From the NCBI GenBank assembly GCA_965240325.2, contig OZ251228.1, forward strand, positions 2,356,001 through 2,420,000: a stretch of DNA of 64,000 nucleotides, in the 5' to 3' direction. The DNA is from Rebecca billardiae RCC1528. Taxonomy: Eukaryota > Protista > Haptophyta. Under the pieces are notes generated by a model that saw nothing but the letters and a program-made list of their open reading frames with translations, had not been told where the DNA came from and did no database searches. Shown here in pieces: positions 57,805-64,000 of the stretch. How positions within the stretch are numbered: position 1 is the stretch's first letter; every line of letters begins with the position of its first letter. The position numbers and the translations under genes were made by a program.

Positions 57805-60800
57805 TCAGGCGCCTGACGCCCGGCCGCCTTCGGCCCCGCCGTTCGATGCCGCCGCGCGCATCGCCACGGCGGTTGAGCCGTCGAGTGCGCTCAGGTTGAG
57901 CGCGCTGCCGGCGACCGAGTTCGTGGCCTCCGAGGCGGAGGCGGACGAGTCCTTCCACTCGCCCTCCTGCGCCTCGCTGGCGTTTGGGAAGAGCGGCGTG
58001 CACTGGAAGACGCCCGAGTGCTTGCGCGACTGCGGCTGCGAGCCCATGTCCCTCGAGCTCGGGCGCTGCGGCAACCCCAGCGGCCCGTTGGGCGCGTCGT
58101 GCGCCTTGCTGCTCTCGTAAGTATCGTGGAAGACACGGCGCAGCCGCTGCTGCTGCTGCTGCCGCTCAAAGCGCCGCCGCACGACCTCGAGCTCCGTCAG
58201 GCCCGCCGATCCCACGCGCGCGCGTCCAACGCCAACGCCGGGCGGCACGTTGTGCACCGAGCCGCGGCGCGAGCTCGGGCGGGACGGCTCGGTGCTCTCG
58301 CTCTCGAACCCCAGCTCACGAGGCAGCCGCGCGTCGGGCGCTATCGACACACGCTTGCCCGTGCCGGCCGGCGAGTGGCTCGATGCGTCGGATGGCGACC
58401 CAAGCGCAGCAGAGCCGCGGCGCGACGCGGGCTGGCCGCTCGCGTCGGCCGCGGGCCGCATCGGCGCGCTGCATGATGGCGGCAGCGGCAGGCTGCTCTC
58501 GGCCGTTGGCGACCGCATAGGCAGCAGCTCCACCTCCCCTCCGAGCTCCGAGGTGAGCACGAACCGAGGCGCCAGCCGCTGCTCCCCAAACGCGGGCGTC
58601 GAGGGCATCGAGATGTCCACGTCGTCGAGCCCGGCGGCGGCGAGCCGACCCCGGCCCGTGGGCGACGGCCCGCCGTCTTGCGCGGGGTGCAGCCCTGTGG
58701 GCCATGCGCCGGGTGAGTTGCTCACCGGCCGCCGGCCGAGCAGCCGGGAGGCCGGAGACTCGCTCGGACGGCTCGTGTTGCCTGCCGACATACGGCCGCC
58801 CGCGGCAGAGAAGCGCCCGCGCAACGTGGACGAGCTGGGGCCAGCGAAGAAGCCGCCCGAGCGCGGGGTGCGACCCGTCGGCGTGTTTGCGGCCGAGGGC
58901 AGCGCCGAGGCACGGGAGGTGCGCGGGCGGCTGGCCGGCGTGCCGGCCGAGGCGAAGCGGTCGGCGAGCGAGCCCGAGCCCGGCTCAAAGAAGACGCCCA
59001 TGCCGGACCTGCGCGCGCCGCGCGCAAACGACGTGCAGGTGGACGGGCGTGCCGAGCCGGGCGGTGGCGACGGCTCGGCGGTGTCGCCCGCGGCGGCGGA
59101 GTGCGACGAGACTCGGCGCCGCCCGATCGACTGGCGAATCGACTGGCGGAGTGACTGGCCAGCCGACTGGCGAGCCGACTGGCGCTGCGAGCGGCGCGGC
59201 GAGCCCGTGGGCGAGCCCTCCGGCGACGGGTTGAGGCTGGAGCGCTCCGAGCCCGCCCCATCCGTCGCGCCGACCGAGTCCGAGCGGCCGCGCCGCACCA
59301 CCTTCTCCGCGCGGCGCAAGAAGTCGATCCTCGGCCGCACGTGGAAGAGCAGGTACATGTGCACCGTGTCTATCAGCGGCACGCACGCAAACAGCAGGCA
59401 CGGGATCAGGATGAGCAGCCCGATCGCGCCGTCGACCATCAGCCAGTACGAGAGCAGCACGTCGCGCCCCGCCTCGCGCGTGATGCGCCCCGCCTTGCGC
59501 GACCACTTCTCCGCCGCCCTCGCCTCCGCGTCCGCGGGCGCCGCCGCCTTGGGCCCTGAGACGAACCACGCGAGCGCGGAGCACGCCGAGTGCAGCGCAA
59601 AGTACTTGGCGACAAACGACGTGAAGATGGCCTTCTCCACGACGGCGGAGCGGCGGCCGATCATCGCGGACCAGAGGCCGTCGTACGTGCCGAGGAGCGC
59701 GAGCTGGGCCGCGTGACAGGCCATGATCACCGGCGCGACCATCAGCGGCACCTGCCCCGCGGCGACGCGCTCGGGCTTGGCGCGGCCGCACGCCGAGCGC
59801 AGCAGCACCGCGGCCAGCGCGCCGACCGCGAGCGGCAGCACCGGCAGGAAGTTGCTGATCAGGTCGAGCAGCTCGAGGGGCCCGCGCGGCAGGCGATGGT
59901 GGATGCCAAGGACAACGATCGCCGCGAGCAGCCGCCGCCCCGGCGTGATGAACACGGCGTACGGCCGCCCCGCCATCGAGGCGAGCGTGCCCTCGTGCCA
60001 CGCGCGCCAGCCGTCCGCCTTGGCGTCAAAGAGCCACCGCCACCAGCCCACCACGTCCTGCCGCAGGATGTCGAGCGGGCGGAACATGCGCGCGTTGAAG
60101 AGGGAGGGCGAGAGCACCCACGCCGCCACGATCAGGAAGAGCGCGCCCCAGAACGGCCAGTCCGGCCACTTGGGCGGGCGGGTGTACACGAAGAGCGCGG
60201 CCATGAAGATGAGGTCCGCGCCCGGCTGCAGGTTGGAGTGCGCGTACCCCTTGTACAGCGCGTGGTAGTGCTGCCGCGTGGTGGCGATGCCGCGGCCGGT
60301 GGCGATGTACTGCGCGCCGCCCTGCGAGATCTCCGAGCGGTAGTTGTACCCGATCAGCTGCGCCTGGAACGCGAAGAACATCCACGAGAAGGAGCACAGC
60401 TGGCGCACGAGCGCGAGCACGCCGAGGAGCGGGTTCTGCGTGTTGATGGTGATCTCAAACAGCAGCGGCAGCGCCTGCCCGATGATGAAGAGCGCGGTGA
60501 TCGGGCCGAACTGGCCGTCGATCAGCTCGGCGGAGATCGACGAGTACGTGAGCAGCGGGTCGGTCCCCTCCGGCGTGAACGCCATGTCCACCAGCGAGAA
60601 GTAGAGCAGGATGAAGATCAGCGTCCAGATCGTGATCTCCATGAGCGCGGGCGTGCCGTAGAAGCCGACGTGTCCGTAGAAGAAGCCGAGCATGCGCGCG
60701 AACGGGAGGCGCGAGCCGAGGCGGTACGACTGGCGCGTGAGGCACATCTCGGCCGTGCCGCGGCTCAGCTTCGAGATGAACTTGAGCTGCCCGCCGAACG

Positions 60801-63792
60801 ACATCTCGCGCCCCTTGCCCACCTGGAAGTACTCGCGGTGGACCACGTTGTTGCCGCGCAGGCACAAGTCCATCCCCGCAAAGATATCCTCGGACAGGTT
60901 GAGTGCCTTGGTCGCCTTGGAGACGCCGCCCTGCGCCATCATCGTCAGCTTCTCCATGATGTCCGGGTGGCCGTAGTACATGCGCGAGAGCAGCGGCCGG
61001 TCGCTCGTGCGCTGGATCATCGAGCCGAACACGTACTCGGACGTGGCGGAGAAGTTGCCGATCGTGCCGAGCGACGAGTACACGTGCTCGCGCCAGCCGA
61101 CGATCGAGACGCGCGCGCGCGAGCTGGTCGGGTCGTCGCCGAACTCGGCGAGGCCGTTGGCGATCTTGAGCATCTCCTCGAGGTAGCCGTCCTGGTTCGC
61201 GTCGATGGTCTGCAGCAGCCGGCCGCGCACGTAGATGATCGCGTGGTTCTGGTTGTCGCCCTTGCCGTCGCCGAGGATCGGGTGGCCGGGCAGCCGCACG
61301 CGGTAGCGCGGCAGCCGCTTGTTGCCCGGCAGCTTCTCGCAGTGGCCGTCGATGAGGCACGAGTAGAAGACCTTGCCCTGCGGCACGCGCGCGTCGGCCT
61401 CCTCCTCGATGTACGCGACGTTCAGCCGCGGGAACTCCTCGAACATCACCTCCGTCGCCTCGAGGAACTCGGCGTCGAAGTGGAAGTAGCGCTGCATCGA
61501 GACGACGCACTGGAACTTGGTCGCGATGATGTCCTCGCGCTCGGCGGCGCCGAGGTCGGGGCGCTGGACGGAGAGCAGCAGGTCGAGCGCGCGCTCGTAC
61601 AGCATCATGCCGCGCACGGTGCGGTACAGCGACTGCGTGCGCATGCTCGACCACTTGCGCAGCTCGAGCATCGCCGCGCGCCGCTCCTCCTCGTCCGCGC
61701 CGTCGTCGTCGATCTCGGGCGGCGGCGCGTCCGCCGCCGCCTTGGCGTCCGCCTCCGAGTTGCCCGCGGCGGACGCGGCGACTTGCCGCCAAAGCACGCT
61801 CCACGTGCGCTCGCCGACGCGCTCGCGGAAGCAGCGCAGCTCGTGCGGGTAGTACTCGAGCAGCAGCCCGAGCAGCGGCTGCTGCGCGCCCGCCGCGCGC
61901 GACGCGTCGTCGATCGTGAGCAGCTCGGCGACAGAGTTGATGATCGTCTCCCCGTAGTGCGGGATCAGAACGGAGAAGGAGGGCATGGTCTCGACGGTGG
62001 CCGCGGCGGGCATGCGCATCTTGAGCGAGGCCCGCAGGAAGCCGAAGCGGCGCACCGCCTCCGGCGCGCGCGGCATCCTCGCGCGGCCGCGCCGCTCGAA
62101 GATGGGCGGGCGGTGCAGCGGCTGCGCGGCCGAGTGCACCTTCTCGTACGACAGCTCGCGCGCCTCCTCGACCGTCAGGATGTCCGTCTCGAACATGGAG
62201 GCGATCACGGCGTTCCAGAGCAGTGCCCACTTGCGCTCGATGATCGGGTGCATCGTCGGGTACAGCAGCGCGCGCATCGGCTGCGGCCGCGCCTTGCCGT
62301 CCGTCGGGAACACCTGCGCGACGAACGCGGCCGGCAGGTCCGCCATCCGGCGCAGCGGCACCTGCGACGCCGACTTGCGCGGCCCCTGGAAGTACAGGAT
62401 GCTCAGCCCGCGGAGCGTGCCGAAGATGACGCAGCCGACGATGTACCAGTGGTACGTGGACGAGAGGTAGACGAGCATGCCCGAGATCCACACGACCAGC
62501 TGCTGCATCGAGCGCGTGAGCAGCTCGGGCGCGGCGGCGAGCTGCGGCGGCAGCGTTGGGTCGTTGCTGATCCGTCCGAGCAGCCCGTGCAGGTCGAGCC
62601 GCAGCGTGGCGATCGCCACGCCGCGGATCACGACGACGAGCTCGACCATGCCCTTCAGCCCGAAGACGACGAGCCAGAAGAGGACGACCGCGACCCCCGC
62701 ATACTGCGGCATGTACACGTTGTTGTCGAACTCCCTCGCCCTGCGCATGAAGGTGCCCGGGTTGAAGGTGGTGCGCAGCACGACCGCGGCCGAGTGCACG
62801 ACAAACAGCGTGCGCACCGTCTCGTTCCTCGGGTACGCGAGGAAGACGGCGAAGAGGCCGAGCTGCAGCAGGTACGGCAGCGCCTTGTCCGGCTGCAGCA
62901 GCGTCTGCCAGATCGTCGCGCCCGGCTTGAGCCGCATCTTCGCGCCGTCCGCGACGATCTGCACGAGGCCGGGCGCGAGCAGGCCCGCAAAGATGGGCGC
63001 GTTGTCGGTCGGCTTCATCCACTCGCCGTCCGGCACGTACAGCTGGAGCGCGACGAGCAGCAGCATGTAGAAGGAGGCGACGTGGTACGTGATGATGCGC
63101 GCAAAGCCGCCGAGCAGGTTCCACCACGCGTGGATCTCGTTGTGCCGCTTGCACCCGGCGAGCGAGGCCTTCCAGTCGACGTGGCGCAGCGCCTCCCACC
63201 GCTCCTCCTTGGGCAGCTGGATGATGGCGCGCCCGTCGTGCGTCACGATCTTGTTGATGCGCTCGTGCGTCCAGAACTGCTCGTTCCAGTCGTCGTAGTT
63301 GACGCGTGTCTCGGTGTTCCTGAGCGGCCGCTCTATCGGCGCGCCCCTCGCAGAGAGCCCCTTGAAGTTGTACGAGAAGAAGTACTCGTACAGCGGGCGG
63401 ATGTACGCGCGCAAGTAGCGAGACTCGGGCCCCGGCCCAGCGTCCGCCGCCGCCTTCGCCGCCTTCGTCGAGTGGCGCTTCGAGAGCCCCGCCTTGGGCG
63501 TCAGGATGGGCGTCGGCTCGAGCGGGCCCTTCCGCTGGCCCATCCAAGCGTCGTCGAACGGCTGCGACTCCTCGTCCTCCTCCTCCTCATCTTCCGACTC
63601 GAGGATGGACTCGCCGCCCCACGACGGCCGCGCCGAGCGCTCGCCGCCCATCGAGGGGCGCGCAACGCGGTACGCGTTGGTGTGCGCGCGCAGCGTGGCG
63701 AGCGACTGCGCCTCGAGCGTATTCGCCGCGACCGAGCGGCGCGCCGAGGCCGGCCCAGACTGCCCGACCGACAGGCGGCCCGCGTGCGGCGT
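57805..63792 (-). CDS. 1,3-beta-glucan synthase (GT48, FKS1/callose synthase family), 5' partial
   Basis: MPSFSVLIPHYGE, RTVRGMM.Y, ILGDGKGDNQNHAII, TIDANQD.YLEE, YGHPD, GGVSKA..LNLSEDIFAG and EYFQVGKGR motifs, many TM helices. The frame stays open upstream of ATG 63651 to a likely CAG acceptor at 63795-63793. Confidence 0.96.
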   Translation of the reverse strand, partial: TPHAGRLSVGQSGPASARRSVAANTLEAQSLATLRAHTNAYRVARPSMGGERSARPSWGGESILESEDEEEEDEESQPFDDAWMGQRKGPLEPTPILTPKAGLSKRHSTKAAKAAADAGPGPESRYLRAYIRPLYEYFFSYNFKGLSARGAPIERPLRNTETRVNYDDWNEQFWTHERINKIVTHDGRAIIQLPKEERWEALRHVDWKASLAGCKRHNEIHAWWNLLGGFARIITYHVASFYMLLLVALQLYVPDGEWMKPTDNAPIFAGLLAPGLVQIVADGAKMRLKPGATIWQTLLQPDKALPYLLQLGLFAVFLAYPRNETVRTLFVVHSAAVVLRTTFNPGTFMRRAREFDNNVYMPQYAGVAVVLFWLVVFGLKGMVELVVVIRGVAIATLRLDLHGLLGRISNDPTLPPQLAAAPELLTRSMQQLVVWISGMLVYLSSTYHWYIVGCVIFGTLRGLSILYFQGPRKSASQVPLRRMADLPAAFVAQVFPTDGKARPQPMRALLYPTMHPIIERKWALLWNAVIASMFETDILTVEEARELSYEKVHSAAQPLHRPPIFERRGRARMPRAPEAVRRFGFLRASLKMRMPAAATVETMPSFSVLIPHYGETIINSVAELLTIDDASRAAGAQQPLLGLLLEYYPHELRCFRERVGERTWSVLWRQVAASAAGNSEADAKAAADAPPPEIDDDGADEEERRAAMLELRKWSSMRTQSLYRTVRGMMLYERALDLLLSVQRPDLGAAEREDIIATKFQCVVSMQRYFHFDAEFLEATEVMFEEFPRLNVAYIEEEADARVPQGKVFYSCLIDGHCEKLPGNKRLPRYRVRLPGHPILGDGKGDNQNHAIIYVRGRLLQTIDANQDGYLEEMLKIANGLAEFGDDPTSSRARVSIVGWREHVYSSLGTIGNFSATSEYVFGSMIQRTSDRPLLSRMYYGHPDIMEKLTMMAQGGVSKATKALNLSEDIFAGMDLCLRGNNVVHREYFQVGKGREMSFGGQLKFISKLSRGTAEMCLTRQSYRLGSRLPFARMLGFFYGHVGFYGTPALMEITIWTLIFILLYFSLVDMAFTPEGTDPLLTYSSISAELIDGQFGPITALFIIGQALPLLFEITINTQNPLLGVLALVRQLCSFSWMFFAFQAQLIGYNYRSEISQGGAQYIATGRGIATTRQHYHALYKGYAHSNLQPGADLIFMAALFVYTRPPKWPDWPFWGALFLIVAAWVLSPSLFNARMFRPLDILRQDVVGWWRWLFDAKADGWRAWHEGTLASMAGRPYAVFITPGRRLLAAIVVLGIHHRLPRGPLELLDLISNFLPVLPLAVGALAAVLLRSACGRAKPERVAAGQVPLMVAPVIMACHAAQLALLGTYDGLWSAMIGRRSAVVEKAIFTSFVAKYFALHSACSALAWFVSGPKAAAPADAEARAAEKWSRKAGRITREAGRDVLLSYWLMVDGAIGLLILIPCLLFACVPLIDTVHMYLLFHVRPRIDFLRRAEKVVRRGRSDSVGATDGAGSERSSLNPSPEGSPTGSPRRSQRQSARQSAGQSLRQSIRQSIGRRRVSSHSAAAGDTAEPSPPPGSARPSTCTSFARGARRSGMGVFFEPGSGSLADRFASAGTPASRPRTSRASALPSAANTPTGRTPRSGGFFAGPSSSTLRGRFSAAGGRMSAGNTSRPSESPASRLLGRRPVSNSPGAWPTGLHPAQDGGPSPTGRGRLAAAGLDDVDISMPSTPAFGEQRLAPRFVLTSELGGEVELLPMRSPTAESSLPLPPSCSAPMRPAADASGQPASRRGSAALGSPSDASSHSPAGTGKRVSIAPDARLPRELGFESESTEPSRPSSRRGSVHNVPPGVGVGRARVGSAGLTELEVVRRRFERQQQQQRLRRVFHDTYESSKAHDAPNGPLGLPQRPSSRDMGSQPQSRKHSGVFQCTPLFPNASEAQEGEWKDSSASASEATNSVAGSALNLSALDGSTAVAMRAAASNGGAEGGRASGA

Positions 63793-64000
63793 CTGAGCGC
63801 GGGAGGAGCGGCCGCTGGTGTTGCGTGTCCCCAGCGGGCCGCCGGGCGAGTGCGCGGGCTGGCTCGGCGAGGGCTGGCTCAGCTGAGCGTGCTGCCCGCG
63901 CGTCGACCACCTCTGCTGCTCGCCCTCCGCTGGGCGACCCTCGCGGAGTGTGGGTGTGGGCGGCGCGATGACCGGCGGCGGCCGTGAGACGGACGCCCAC

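Noticed and set aside
59590-63987. 1465-aa plus-strand ORF and 1030-aa alternative-frame ORF
   Set aside because: Shadow ORFs of the glucan synthase caused by extreme GC3; no motifs.

Overview
Very GC-rich eukaryotic DNA with short spliceosomal introns (GTGCGC...CGCAG, 103-206 nt). The style suggests a haptophyte alga such as the Pavlovales; this is an inference only. 1-3.7 kb: an apparently intact APE-RT LINE retrotransposon on the minus strand, running off the window start. 3.8-36.6 kb: a gene-dense block containing a giant Ala-rich coiled-coil protein, an EsV-1-7-type Cys-repeat gene, APH-1, a Sel1-repeat protein, two secreted Cys-rich proteins, a 1.7-kb TA-flanked TIR element, a convergent pair of histidine-kinase-like genes (one canonical hybrid kinase, one degenerate), TRAP-alpha and atlastin. 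36.9-57.4 kb: a repeat island of MITE-like elements, long (TA)n tracts and a tandemly amplified composite unit. The unit carries three more EsV-1-7-type genes with 6, 11 and 6 repeats. 57.8-64 kb: a GT48 1,3-beta-glucan synthase, 5' partial. The most striking signal is the four-gene family of 38-aa C-x4-C-x16-C-x2-H repeat arrays. Their near-invariant scaffold carries hypervariable residues at fixed positions (TALE/PPR-like logic), followed by basic NLS-like tails, and three copies sit in a transposon-like amplified unit.
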